DNA of 64,000 nt from an uncultured Streptococcus sp. (GTDB lineage: Bacteria > Bacillota > Bacilli > Lactobacillales > Streptococcaceae). This document shows positions 21,487-31,479 of this stretch, one piece after another (the first letter of the stretch is position 1; the number at the start of each line of letters is the position of its first letter). The notes beneath the pieces are model-generated. The model worked only from the letters and a program-made list of their open reading frames with translations, was not told the DNA's origin and did not search any database. Location of the stretch: NCBI RefSeq assembly GCF_963456385.1, contig NZ_CAUOLF010000003.1, forward strand, positions 51,515 to 115,514, given 5' to 3'. Made by a program: the position numbers and the translations under genes.

Positions 21487-22269
21487 ATGCTGGAAATGAA
21501 AGATCTGCTGGTGCAGTCAGCAGATAAAGTCATTCTCGATCGGGTCTCCCTCTCTCTTGCTGAGGGGGAGTCCCTTTCGATTGTGGGCGAGAGTGGCAGT
21601 GGCAAGTCTACCCTGCTCAAAATGCTGCTGGGTCTCCCTCTCAGGGGGCTGACAGTAACAGAGGGCAGTATTACTTTTGAGGGGCAGGAAATTCAGCCCC
21701 AGGACCACCGTATTTATCTGCCTTTTGTGGGCCGAGAAGTGGCCTGGATTAGCCAGCATGCCAGTCTCAGCTTTAATAACCGCCGTAAGATCAAAAAGCA
21801 TTATCAGGACTTGGTGAAAAATCAGAGCCACCAAGCAGCAAATCTCCGTCCCTTGGAAGAATGCCTAGAGATGGTGGGGCTGCTGCCTGAAAAAGTCGTC
21901 AATAAGTATCCTTTCGAGCTCAGTGGCGGTATGATGCAGCTAGTCGGTGTGGCGCTAGCTCTAGCTAGCAGACCCAAACTATTGCTGGCTGATGAGCCGA
22001 CTAGCGCTCTGGATGTCCTGTCGAAAATGAAGCTGCTTGTTCTCTTGAGCAAGCTTCATCAGGAGGAAAACATGGCCATTCTCTTTGTCACTCATGATAT
22101 CAGCGTAGCTGAGCATCTGGCGCAAAAAGTAGTCGTCATGAAGGAAGGACAGATTGTCGAAATCGGTCCAGCCCATCAAGTTCTCTGCCATCCTGAGCAG
22201 GCCTATACCCAGAAATTGCTGAAGGCCGTGCCTAAGCTAGCAGCATTTAGAGAAGGGGAGCAGCTATGA
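21487..22269 (+). CDS. peptide/nickel ABC ATPase (OppD/NikD-like)
   Basis: VGESGSGKS, YPFELSGGM, ADEPTSALD. Confidence 0.93.
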   Translation: MLEMKDLLVQSADKVILDRVSLSLAEGESLSIVGESGSGKSTLLKMLLGLPLRGLTVTEGSITFEGQEIQPQDHRIYLPFVGREVAWISQHASLSFNNRRKIKKHYQDLVKNQSHQAANLRPLEECLEMVGLLPEKVVNKYPFELSGGMMQLVGVALALASRPKLLLADEPTSALDVLSKMKLLVLLSKLHQEENMAILFVTHDISVAEHLAQKVVVMKEGQIVEIGPAHQVLCHPEQAYTQKLLKAVPKLAAFREGEQL

Positions 22270-23036
22270 ATCAAGTATTGATCGGTCGCCAGTTGACCTA
22301 CGAGTACAGTCAGATAGGCGAGCGGAGAATCGGTGTCTTTGATATTGACATTAGCTTGGAAAAGGGACAGGCTTTGGGTCTGGTCGGTGAATCAGGTTCA
22401 GGTAAGAGTACCATTGCCAAACTCATCTGCCGCTTTTTAAAGCCAGACCAAGGGGAGCTGACTCTACTGGGCCAGCCAGTCTCTGCCTACAAGGATAGGG
22501 ACTACTATGCTCGGGTCCAGTATATCGCCCAGCAGCCCCAGTCGACCTTTCATCCCAAGCGCAGCATTCAGCAGAGCCTAGAAGAGGTCTGTCGAAACTT
22601 CTCTCTCTACCAGCAGCAGTCAGATAGAAAGCAGGCCATCCATGACTTGCTGAGATCGGTTGGTCTGACACCTGAGCTTGCCCGGCGGCTGCCGCACCAG
22701 CTGAGCGGAGGAGAATGCCAGCGGGCGGCTATTGCCCGTGCCTTGGTGATTAATCCCGATGTGCTCATCTGCGATGAAATCACCAGTGCTCTGGATGTGA
22801 CCGTTCAATATGAGGTCATGCAGCTGCTGGCAGATATCAAGGAGCGCTCGCAAACCTCCTTTCTCTTCATCTCTCATGACATCGCACTGGTCAGCAATTT
22901 TGCGGAAGATTTGGTCGTCCTCAAGGACGGAATCGTGCAAGAAAAGGGCAGCATGCGAGAGGTCGTCTCTGCTCCTAAGAGTGACTATACCAAGCTCTTG
23001 CTCAGTCAGTACAGGGAGGATAAAGATGAGGATTAA
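22266..23036 (+). CDS. peptide/nickel ABC ATPase (OppF/NikE-like)
   Basis: VGESGSGKS, PHQLSGGECQR, CDEITSALD. Confidence 0.93.
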   Translation: MNQVLIGRQLTYEYSQIGERRIGVFDIDISLEKGQALGLVGESGSGKSTIAKLICRFLKPDQGELTLLGQPVSAYKDRDYYARVQYIAQQPQSTFHPKRSIQQSLEEVCRNFSLYQQQSDRKQAIHDLLRSVGLTPELARRLPHQLSGGECQRAAIARALVINPDVLICDEITSALDVTVQYEVMQLLADIKERSQTSFLFISHDIALVSNFAEDLVVLKDGIVQEKGSMREVVSAPKSDYTKLLLSQYREDKDED

Positions 23037-24009
23037 GCAAGAACTAGACTCTATGGCTCCTTGCAGCAGCTATCAAGGCAGTCTGCCCATCACAGATGAG
23101 CTGGCTATCCAGTACACTCTGCTTAAAGGACAGGCTACCCAGCCCTTGCTGACCATCAGTGCTGCAGTCCATGGCTGCGAGTATGTCGGAGTTAAGGCGC
23201 TGATGGACTTGGCGCATGAATGGGACTTTAACTTTCAGGGCTCTGTCCTCCTCCTGCATGCAGTCAATGTCAGCGGCTTCTGGGCTCGGGAGACGACGCT
23301 TGTACCTGAGGACGGTCTCAATCTAAACAGGATCTTTCAGGACCAAGGGCCAGTTTCCAGCCTCAGCTATCAGATTCGGTCTGTGATTGAGAGCCAGGTC
23401 TTTAGTGTCAGTGACTTCCTGATTGACCTGCACAGTGGTAATCGGGAAGAACTGCTGACCCCTCATGGTTACTATTCTCTGCGGGCGAATCCAGAGGTGG
23501 TCGAAAAGTCCTATCAGATGCTGCAGGCTTCTGGGACACCGATTATCTATCAATCTCAGGACCGCGGCAATCTTTATCACGCTGCCTCGGTGGACTATGG
23601 TTTGCCTAGCATCCTGCTGGAGCGGGGAGAAAACGGCACCTGTCTGCCAGAGGATGTGCTGGCCATGAAAGAGTCGGTCAAACAAGTCGCCCGCTATCTT
23701 TTTGAAGGGAGCATGCCCTATTATAAGCAGGCGCCACTGATCTTTGATGACAGCTACTATCTGAACTGTCAGAGGTCGGGCTGCTGGATGTGCTTTGTCC
23801 GTCCCAATCAAACAGTACAGGCTGGTCAGGTCATCGGTGAAATCTGTGATATTTATGGCAATATTTTAGAAAAGGTGACTGCCAAGGAAGATGGTCTGGT
23901 CCTCTACCAGAAAGCGACCTTGGTCGTCCACCAAGGCGAAGTGCTGTTGGCTGTAGCTAGCAAGAAGCCTGGAAGCTACCAGACATCTGAAAGGGAGGCG
24001 CATGATTAA
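23026..24009 (+). CDS. M14-clan succinylglutamate desuccinylase/aspartoacylase-family metallohydrolase
   Basis: HGCE zinc motif, NLNRIF, IDLHSG, LLERG, C-terminal barrel (V.AGQVIG.I.D); ATG at 23026 after GGGAGG. Confidence 0.88.
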   Translation: MRIKQELDSMAPCSSYQGSLPITDELAIQYTLLKGQATQPLLTISAAVHGCEYVGVKALMDLAHEWDFNFQGSVLLLHAVNVSGFWARETTLVPEDGLNLNRIFQDQGPVSSLSYQIRSVIESQVFSVSDFLIDLHSGNREELLTPHGYYSLRANPEVVEKSYQMLQASGTPIIYQSQDRGNLYHAASVDYGLPSILLERGENGTCLPEDVLAMKESVKQVARYLFEGSMPYYKQAPLIFDDSYYLNCQRSGCWMCFVRPNQTVQAGQVIGEICDIYGNILEKVTAKEDGLVLYQKATLVVHQGEVLLAVASKKPGSYQTSEREAHD

Positions 24010-24997
24010 ATTTATTATCAAAACTATTCTGCAATTCGTCCTCATCCTGCTCTGCGTCAGCTTTATCTCCTTTTTACTGGTTTATCTAGCACCGGGAGAT
24101 CCGGCTGAGAGCATCCTCAACGCTCAGGGCATTCCTTATACCAAGGAACTGTTGGAAATCAAACGAGCAGAGATGGGACTGAATGGCAGCTTTATGGAGC
24201 AATATCTGGCCTGGCTGGGCAGGATTGTCCATGGTGACTTTGGTGTGACCTATAATTCTGGAGCTTCGGTCTGGGAGCAGCTGGTTTTCTATTTTCCCAA
24301 TACAGTCTACCTAGCTTTTTATACCCTGCTAGCGACTCTGGGGATTTCCCTGCCGACAGCTCTCTACACATCCTACCATGCTGGAAAGCCTATCGACCGC
24401 TTCCTGATGGCAGGTCTGGTCTTCCTGAATGCCATTCCTAGCTTTGTTATGGGAATTATCCTGATTCTGATTTTTTCTGTTCAGCTTCACTGGTTTCCCA
24501 TTCAGGCAACGGCTAATGAGCTGGGTCTAGTCTTGCCAGTCATGACACTGGCCATGATCATGTCCACTCGCTATATCCCGCAGCTGCGAACTGCTCTGAT
24601 AGAAGTACTGCATTCGCCAGAAGTCGAAGGTGCGCGAGGTCGAGGGATTCGAGAGGGCCATATCCTGTTGCACGATGTGATTTACAATGTCTTGCCCTTT
24701 CTTCTGACCTTGGTCAGCCTTTCTCTGGGCTCGCTCTTAGGCGGTGTGGCTATTATCGAGCACCTCTTTTCCTGGCCGGGCATCGGTAAGATGCTGATTG
24801 GCGTAGTCGCCAATCGGGATTATCCCCTCATTCAGGGGGCGGTCCTCTTTATCACAGCGGGAGTCTTGACTGTAAATCTAGTCTTTCAACTGCTCACGGT
24901 TTGGCTCAATCCTCGCATCCGACTGGCTCAGGAAAATCCCAAACTGCTGCCGCGTATGAAGAAATTAAAAGCAAGCAAGGAGGGTTCGTATGGATAA
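24002..24997 (+). CDS. peptide/nickel ABC permease (OppB/NikB-like)
   Basis: LAPGDPA, GDFG.TY, ARGRG, IE.LFSWPGIG, RDYPLIQG. Confidence 0.93.
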   Translation: MIKFIIKTILQFVLILLCVSFISFLLVYLAPGDPAESILNAQGIPYTKELLEIKRAEMGLNGSFMEQYLAWLGRIVHGDFGVTYNSGASVWEQLVFYFPNTVYLAFYTLLATLGISLPTALYTSYHAGKPIDRFLMAGLVFLNAIPSFVMGIILILIFSVQLHWFPIQATANELGLVLPVMTLAMIMSTRYIPQLRTALIEVLHSPEVEGARGRGIREGHILLHDVIYNVLPFLLTLVSLSLGSLLGGVAIIEHLFSWPGIGKMLIGVVANRDYPLIQGAVLFITAGVLTVNLVFQLLTVWLNPRIRLAQENPKLLPRMKKLKASKEGSYG

Positions 24998-25799
24998 GAA
25001 AATCAATCGAAAACTCCTGATTTTGGGCGGCCTTATCATCCTGGCCCTAGTCCTATCCTCCTTGGCTCCTCGTCTCTTGGGTGACAGTTTGACCAAGGTC
25101 AATCTAGGTCAAGCCCTGCAAGGACCGAGCAGCAGTGAGTGGTTCGGAACGGACGCTCTAGGCCGCTCTGTCTTTGCACGTGCCGTGAGCGGAGGCGCAG
25201 AAACGGTCCTGCCGGCCCTGATGATTTTGATGCTGATTGCGGCGGTGGGCTCCTTTATCGGAGTGACCAGCGCCTTCATCGGCGGGAAATTCGACCAGCT
25301 CATCTTGCTGGTAATCACGGTCTTTCAATCTTTCCCATCTATCATTTTGGTCATTGCCATCGTCAGTATCTTGGGGATCGGTCTCCAGCAGACACTCATC
25401 GCTATCTGCCTGACGGCCTGGACCAAGTACGCCTACCTGATGCGTTCCATGACCCTGCAACTGAAAAATGAACCCTATATCCAGTCCTCGAAAATGTATG
25501 GCAATAGTTTTTGGACTACCCTGAAAAACTATTATTTTCCTAGTCTATTTCCTCAGATTCTGACAACCATGAGCTTTGACATCAGCACCATTATCATGGA
25601 AATCGCTGGTCTCAGCTTTGTCGGCTTGGGAGCTCAGGCACCGTCGCCTGAGTGGGGAGCCATGATTAATGATGGCCGGATTTACATTCAGGAAGCCCCT
25701 TGGATTGTAGTCTTCCCTTGTATCTTGCTGATTCTGACTATTCTCCTCTTTACCAAGTTCGGGGATGCTCTCAACAGCAAGTACAATCGCATGAGTTAA
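24990..25799 (+). CDS. peptide/nickel ABC permease (OppC/NikC-like)
   Basis: FGTDALGRSVFAR, LSFVGLG.QAPSPEWG.MI, GDAL. Confidence 0.93.
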   Translation: MDKKINRKLLILGGLIILALVLSSLAPRLLGDSLTKVNLGQALQGPSSSEWFGTDALGRSVFARAVSGGAETVLPALMILMLIAAVGSFIGVTSAFIGGKFDQLILLVITVFQSFPSIILVIAIVSILGIGLQQTLIAICLTAWTKYAYLMRSMTLQLKNEPYIQSSKMYGNSFWTTLKNYYFPSLFPQILTTMSFDISTIIMEIAGLSFVGLGAQAPSPEWGAMINDGRIYIQEAPWIVVFPCILLILTILLFTKFGDALNSKYNRMS

Positions 25800-25894
25800 T
25801 CATCAAAAATCAACAGCTAAAAAAACTGCATTCCCCCTATCTCTTGGGACTGCAATCAAAAAAAATATGAATACAAGAAAGTGATTCAATAAAA

Positions 25895-27502
25895 ATGAGA
25901 AAAAAATTATTTTTATTAGTTGTCCTCTTGCTGCCTTTATTCTTGGTAGCCTGCCAGCAAAACTCAAACTCTTCCCAACAGGTCAATGAGAAAGACAAAC
26001 TCACTATGGTCTGGGGTGAAGACTTTGGGGATGTCAACCCTCACCGCTACAATCCAGACCAATTTGTCATTCAGGATATGGTCTATGAAGGCCTGGTCCG
26101 CTACGGTGACAATGGGAAAATCGAGCCAGCCTTGGCAGAAAGCTGGGATATCAGCGAAGATGGTAAAACCTATACCTTCAAGCTGAGAAAGGCAAAATTC
26201 TCAGACGACTCTGACTTTAATGCAGAGAATGTCAAACGCAATTTCGATACAGTCTTTTCAGAAGAAAATAAGAAAAACCACACTTGGTTTGACTTTACTA
26301 ACCAATTGGAAAGCTACCGAGTTGTCGATGAGCATACCTTTGAGATTAAGCTCAAACAAGCCTACAGTGCGACTCTCTATGATTTATCAATGATTCGTCC
26401 AATCCGCTTCGTAGCTGATGCTGCCTTCCCTGACGGAGATGACACAACTAAGGACAACCTCAAAAAGCCAATCGGAACCGGTCAATGGGTTGTCAAAGAC
26501 AAGAAGGCAAATGAGTACATCACTTTTGCCCGTAATGAAAATTACTGGGGTGAAAAGCCTAAACTGAAAGAAGTAACGGTCAAGATTATCCCAGACCCAC
26601 AAACCCGTGCTCTTGAGTTTGAGTCTGGCAATGTTGACTTGATCTATGGAAATGGCGTTATCGGTCTGGATAACTTTGCCAAGTATGCCAAGGATGATAA
26701 GTACACGACAGACGTATCTCAGCCTATGTCCAGCCGCCTCATGCTCTTGAATGCCAAGCAAGAAATTTTCAAAGACAAGACTGTCCGTCAGGCGATGAAC
26801 CATGCGGTTGATAAGAAGTCTATCGCGAAAGACATTTTCCGCGGCACAGAAACACCGGCTGATACCATCTTCTCCAAGTCTACTCCGCACTCTGACGCCA
26901 ATCTGACTCCCTATGAATACGATATCGAACTGGCTGAAAAGATGCTGGATCAAGCAGGCTGGAAGAAAGGCTCTGACGGTATCCGCGAAAAAGATGGCAA
27001 GAAATTGAGTCTCAATGTCCCTTATATCTCTTCTAAGGCGACAGACAAGGACTTGGTTGAGTACTTCCAAGGCGAATGGAAGAAAATCGGTATTGACGTT
27101 CAGCTCAAAGCCATGGAAGAAGATGACTATTGGGAAAATATTAAGACGGGCGACTTTGATTTGATGCTGACCTTCTCTTGGGGAGCACCTTGGGATCCGC
27201 ATGCTTGGATGACTGCCCTGACTTCACCAGCAGACCATGGCCACCCAGAAAATGTTTCCCTAGAAGCTCTGCCATCTAAGTCAGAAATGGACAGCATTAT
27301 AAAGGCGACTCTGGTTGAGCCAGACGAAGCAAAAGTTGATGAAGGCTACAAGAAAGTCCTCACCATGCTCCATGATGAAGCTATCTATATTCCAATCACT
27401 TATCAATCCGTTGTTTCCGTCTACCGCAAGGGAGAACTTGATGGCATGCGTTTTGCTCCAGAAGAAAATGCCTTCCCACTGCGCTACATTGAGAAAAAAT
27501 AA
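25895..27502 (+). CDS. NikA/CntA-like nickel/cobalt-metallophore binding lipoprotein
   Basis: Lipobox LVAC; NPH.Y..DQF..Q.MVYEGLV, IRPIRF, PIGTG.W, SWGAPWDPH resembling E. coli NikA WGAPYDPH. Confidence 0.85.
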   Translation: MRKKLFLLVVLLLPLFLVACQQNSNSSQQVNEKDKLTMVWGEDFGDVNPHRYNPDQFVIQDMVYEGLVRYGDNGKIEPALAESWDISEDGKTYTFKLRKAKFSDDSDFNAENVKRNFDTVFSEENKKNHTWFDFTNQLESYRVVDEHTFEIKLKQAYSATLYDLSMIRPIRFVADAAFPDGDDTTKDNLKKPIGTGQWVVKDKKANEYITFARNENYWGEKPKLKEVTVKIIPDPQTRALEFESGNVDLIYGNGVIGLDNFAKYAKDDKYTTDVSQPMSSRLMLLNAKQEIFKDKTVRQAMNHAVDKKSIAKDIFRGTETPADTIFSKSTPHSDANLTPYEYDIELAEKMLDQAGWKKGSDGIREKDGKKLSLNVPYISSKATDKDLVEYFQGEWKKIGIDVQLKAMEEDDYWENIKTGDFDLMLTFSWGAPWDPHAWMTALTSPADHGHPENVSLEALPSKSEMDSIIKATLVEPDEAKVDEGYKKVLTMLHDEAIYIPITYQSVVSVYRKGELDGMRFAPEENAFPLRYIEKK

Positions 27503-27593
27503 AAGCTAACTTCATACATAAAAATTTGCATATAAAGGGAGTAGTGCTGCTAAGTTGAAAAGCTTATCAGCCGCCCCTTTTCTTTTAAGAAAC

Positions 27594-28535
27594 ATGAAAA
27601 AAGATTTATTTAAAACAATAGTTTCTCTCTTTGCTGCCCTCTTGATGATATCAGTCTTGACCTTTCTCTTGGCCAAGCTGTCCTCGGCGGATCAAGCAGA
27701 AAACTATTTAAGGGTATCTAAGATTCAAGTGACTCCTCAATCCTTGGAAAAAGCCAGAGAATATCTGGGACTCAATCAACCTTGGCCCCAGCAGTATCTA
27801 GGCTGGCTGACTAAGGCTCTTCGTGGGGATTTTGGGACATCTTATCTATTAAAGGTTCCTGTCCTGCCCCTGGTGTTAGAGCGTTTCCAGTCCACCCTTT
27901 CTCTGGGACTGACTTCCTTTGTCCTCATTTTGCTGACATCCATACCTTTAGGTATTTTCAGTGCGGTCTATAAGGAATCTCTCTTTGATAAGGTCGTTCG
28001 CTTTCTATCCTTTTCCAGCGTTTCCATGCCCAGCTTTTGGTTAGGCTACATGCTGATTGTGGTTTTTGCTGTTCAGCTGAGATGGCTGCCAGTTTCGGGC
28101 AAGCAGGATTTTAGCAGCTTGATTCTTCCTAGTCTGACCCTTAGTATGTCTTTGATTGGCCAATATACCGCTTTGATCCGCAAGGCTGTGCTGGAGCAGA
28201 TGAACAGTGTCCATGTTGAAAATGCCCTCCTGCGCGGAGTCAGCAAGTTCTTCCTGGTCAAGAATCATCTCTTGAGAAATTCCCTGCCAGCCATTGCGAC
28301 AGGCCTGAGCCTGACCTTGGTCTATCTCCTGACAGGCTCCTTAATTGTTGAAGAAGTCTTCTCTTGGAATGGTGTCGGCTCCCTCTTTGTAGATGCGCTC
28401 CAGTCTGTGGACCTGCCCATTATTCAGTGCTGTATGCTTTTATTTGGCCTATTATTCTTGGGGAATAATGTTCTCACCCAGCAGCTGCCGCTCTGGATAG
28501 ACCCTAGAGTCAGAAAAAGGAGGAGTAATGTCTAA
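27594..28535 (+). CDS. NikB/CntB-like ABC permease
   Basis: GDFGTSY, SMPSFWLG, IVEEVFSWNGVG, IDPR; start either ATG 27594 or TTG 27555. Confidence 0.9.
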   Translation: MKKDLFKTIVSLFAALLMISVLTFLLAKLSSADQAENYLRVSKIQVTPQSLEKAREYLGLNQPWPQQYLGWLTKALRGDFGTSYLLKVPVLPLVLERFQSTLSLGLTSFVLILLTSIPLGIFSAVYKESLFDKVVRFLSFSSVSMPSFWLGYMLIVVFAVQLRWLPVSGKQDFSSLILPSLTLSMSLIGQYTALIRKAVLEQMNSVHVENALLRGVSKFFLVKNHLLRNSLPAIATGLSLTLVYLLTGSLIVEEVFSWNGVGSLFVDALQSVDLPIIQCCMLLFGLLFLGNNVLTQQLPLWIDPRVRKRRSNV

Positions 28536-29334
28536 ACGATTTATTTTTTCAAGTGTCATTTTGCTGGCTCTCTTCATCTGCGCTCTCTTTGCACCCTATC
28601 TATCCACCTTTGACCCCCAGCATGTAGAGATTTCCAATAAACTGATGCCACCTGATGCTGTTCATCTGCTAGGAACGGATCAGCTAGGCAGAGACGTCTT
28701 GTCTCGTCTGCTGCATGGAGCTCGTTATTCTCTCTTTTTATCCCTGACCATCAGTCTGCTGGAAGTGGTCATCGGTGTGACAGTCGGACTGCTGATTGGA
28801 TGGTACCAAGGAAAGACGGAAGCGACCTTCTTATGGTTTGCAAATGTTATTTCTGCCTTTCCTAGCTTCCTGCTATCGCTAGCTACAGTTGGGATATTGG
28901 GACAGGGAATGACCAATATGATTCTAGCCATTGTTATCATAGAGTGGGTCTACTATGCAAGGGTGACGGCCAATCTGGTCAAGAGTGCCAAGGAGGAAGC
29001 CTATGTCATTTCTGGCCAGACCATGGGACTCTCCCAGATTCATATTCTCAAAACTCATATCTTGCCCTTTATCTACAAGCCCATATTGATTATTGTGCTG
29101 ATGAATATCGGGAATATCATTCTCATGATTTCTGGCTTTTCCTTTCTGGGAATCGGTGTCCAACCCAACATTACCGAGTGGGGCATGATGCTGCATGATG
29201 CTAGAAGCCATTTTCAAACGGCAACTTGGATGATGCTGGCGCCCGGACTGGCTATCTTCCTGACTGTGGTCGCCTTTAATCTATTTGCCGAATGCTTTGA
29301 GGAGAAAGGCTGGAAACAGATATGGAAAAAATAG
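28528..29334 (+). CDS. NikC/CntC-like ABC permease
   Basis: LLGTDQLGRDVLSRL, SFLGIGVQP..EWG.ML. Confidence 0.92.
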   Translation: MSKRFIFSSVILLALFICALFAPYLSTFDPQHVEISNKLMPPDAVHLLGTDQLGRDVLSRLLHGARYSLFLSLTISLLEVVIGVTVGLLIGWYQGKTEATFLWFANVISAFPSFLLSLATVGILGQGMTNMILAIVIIEWVYYARVTANLVKSAKEEAYVISGQTMGLSQIHILKTHILPFIYKPILIIVLMNIGNIILMISGFSFLGIGVQPNITEWGMMLHDARSHFQTATWMMLAPGLAIFLTVVAFNLFAECFEEKGWKQIWKK

Positions 29335-30113
29335 CAGTAAAGAAACTGACAGCCCAAATCGAGCAAAAGACCATTCTGCAGGACATCAGCTTTGAAGTGG
29401 AGGCAGGTCAGTCTCTGGTCATTATTGGGGAGAGTGGTTCTGGTAAAACCCTCTTAACCAAGATATTGATTGGGCAGCTACCTTCATCTTTAAGCCTGCA
29501 AGGAGAAGTTCACTACGGCACCATGGCTTTGGAGCGAAATTCTCTCAAAGCTTGGCAGCAGCTGCGAGGCAGTCAAGTGGCCTACATGTCGCAAAATCCG
29601 ATGGCTATGTTTAATCCTTTTCAGACTATTCAAAGTCACTTTTGGGAGACCCTGCGCAGCCATAGCAAGATTTCAAAGAGCGTTTGTCTGACTAAGGCCG
29701 TAGCCTCTATGAAAGAAGTCAGACTGGGAGAGCCGGAAGAACTTTTGAAAAAATATCCTTTTGAGCTCAGCGGCGGTATGCTGCAGCGAGTCATGCTGGC
29801 TATCTTGCTTTGCCTAGAGCCAGAGACCATTATATTGGATGAGCCTACTTCAGCGCTGGATATCCATAACCGAGAGCAGATTATCCTTATCTTAAAAGAG
29901 CAGCTAGCTAAGGGAAAGACCCTCATCACAGTGACCCATGATTATCATTTGGCGCAGGAGCTGGGAGGCAAGATGCTTGTCATGTATCAGGGGGCTATCA
30001 TGGAGGAAGGGTCAGTGGCCAAGCTCCTTGAAAGTCCTTCGCAATCCTATAGCCAAGACCTTATCTTAGGAAATCCATACGAACGGTTGGTGAGAGACGA
30101 TGCTGGAATGTAG
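29322..30113 (+). CDS. NikD-like ABC ATPase
   Basis: IGESGSGKT, YPFELSGGMLQR, LDEPTSALD. Confidence 0.93.
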   Translation: MEKIAVKKLTAQIEQKTILQDISFEVEAGQSLVIIGESGSGKTLLTKILIGQLPSSLSLQGEVHYGTMALERNSLKAWQQLRGSQVAYMSQNPMAMFNPFQTIQSHFWETLRSHSKISKSVCLTKAVASMKEVRLGEPEELLKKYPFELSGGMLQRVMLAILLCLEPETIILDEPTSALDIHNREQIILILKEQLAKGKTLITVTHDYHLAQELGGKMLVMYQGAIMEEGSVAKLLESPSQSYSQDLILGNPYERLVRDDAGM

Positions 30114-30810
30114 ACATGTATTTAAAAAATTCGATGGCAAAATGGTTGTCAAAGACTGCAATTTCACCGTCCAGAAAGGTGAAATTATCGGCCTGATGGG
30201 CGAGAGCGGCAGCGGTAAGAGCACACTGGCGAAATTGCTGCTTGGCCTAGAAAAACCTAGCCAGGGTGAGATCCTGCTGGATGGTCAGCCCTACTCAGTC
30301 AAAAAGTCTGGCGTGAGAATTCTGTTGGTCTTTCAAGACTCGCTCCATTCGGTCAATCCGAACTTTACAGTCGAGCAGGTCTTGACAGAGGCCCTGCCAA
30401 AGGATGTGGCTAGAGAAGAGATAGAGACCATTCTAGAAGACGTCGGTCTAGACAAAAGCTTTCTGAGTCAGCCGGCACGCCAGCTCAGTGGTGGCCAGCT
30501 CCAACGGATTTGCATCGCCCGCGGCCTGCTCTTAAAGCCAGATATTCTCATCTTTGATGAGGCTCTGAGCGGTCTGGATCCCATTGTTCAAGGCAGATTG
30601 TTACGCCTGCTATATGATTTGTGGGAGAAATACCAGCTGACCTATCTTTTCATCTCGCATGACTTCAAGCTGAGCTATGCTCTCTGCCATCGGATTTTGG
30701 TCATGGCAGACGGGGAAATCGTTGATGAGATAAAGAACTTTGAGCTTCCTATCCAGGCTCATCACCCCGTGACAAAAAAATTGATAGGCGACAAAGGACA
30801 TTTCAGCTGA
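30100..30810 (+). CDS. NikE-like ABC ATPase
   Basis: GESGSGKST, QLSGGQLQRICIAR, FDEALSGLD. Confidence 0.93.
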   Translation: MLECRHVFKKFDGKMVVKDCNFTVQKGEIIGLMGESGSGKSTLAKLLLGLEKPSQGEILLDGQPYSVKKSGVRILLVFQDSLHSVNPNFTVEQVLTEALPKDVAREEIETILEDVGLDKSFLSQPARQLSGGQLQRICIARGLLLKPDILIFDEALSGLDPIVQGRLLRLLYDLWEKYQLTYLFISHDFKLSYALCHRILVMADGEIVDEIKNFELPIQAHHPVTKKLIGDKGHFS

Positions 30811-30862
30811 CGAATATCTTAACTAGCTGATCTATTTTAAAATTAAACATAAAGGAACATAT

Positions 30863-31438
30863 ATGAAACGTACTTTTGAAACGAGAAAACTTTACTTCGG
30901 CTTTCCGGTCTTCTTCTTAGGCTATAAGGACGATGTCCACGGTTATAATATTTCAACCTCAAGCTCGGTTTATTCCTTGGGCAGTATGATGGTTATTGCC
31001 ATGCGTACCAAGGGGAATGCTATTACAGAGATTACCAAGCACCAGCAATTCACAATCAATGTCCCTGAGAAGGATTTGACCAAAGAGTCTGAAATTGCTG
31101 GCTTCAACAGCCGCAAGGACAAGTTTGCCCTGACCGGTCTTAGCTACACAATCGGCGAGACCGTGGATGCGCCGCTGGTAGACCAATGCCCTGTATCCAT
31201 TGAATGTCAGGTGCTGGATATGGTCGAATGCGGTGCCTTGACCAATGTCATCGCCCGTGTCACTCGGCGCGTGGTTGATGAAGACTTGATTGATGAGAAT
31301 GACGCTTTCCGCAGTGACCGTTTTTCTCCTATCAGCTACATGGGAGATGGAGATGGCCGGATTTACCGCTATTTTAACGACGAGTCGGTCAAGATGGGCT
31401 CCATTATCAAAGAAATCCGCAAACAAGAAGAAAAATAA
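30863..31438 (+). CDS. flavin reductase-like (flavoredoxin family) FMN-binding protein
   Basis: LYFGFPV, FTINVP, AG..S.KDKF, V.APLV.QCPV.IEC. Confidence 0.85.
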   Translation: MKRTFETRKLYFGFPVFFLGYKDDVHGYNISTSSSVYSLGSMMVIAMRTKGNAITEITKHQQFTINVPEKDLTKESEIAGFNSRKDKFALTGLSYTIGETVDAPLVDQCPVSIECQVLDMVECGALTNVIARVTRRVVDEDLIDENDAFRSDRFSPISYMGDGDGRIYRYFNDESVKMGSIIKEIRKQEEK

Positions 31439-31479
31439 AGAAACCGCTGAGATAGTTACGTCTCAGCGGTTTAGTTTTC
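31438..31479. terminator. bidirectional intrinsic terminator
   Basis: AAACCGCTGAGA...TCTCAGCGGTTT inverted repeat between convergent flavin reductase and queG. Confidence 0.8.

Noticed and set aside
27556..27569. 14-nt TGAAAAGCTTATCA shared with the riboswitch region (about 41948-41961)
   Set aside because: No B12 box or T-loop around 27556; most likely chance, though RNA-RNA pairing cannot be excluded.
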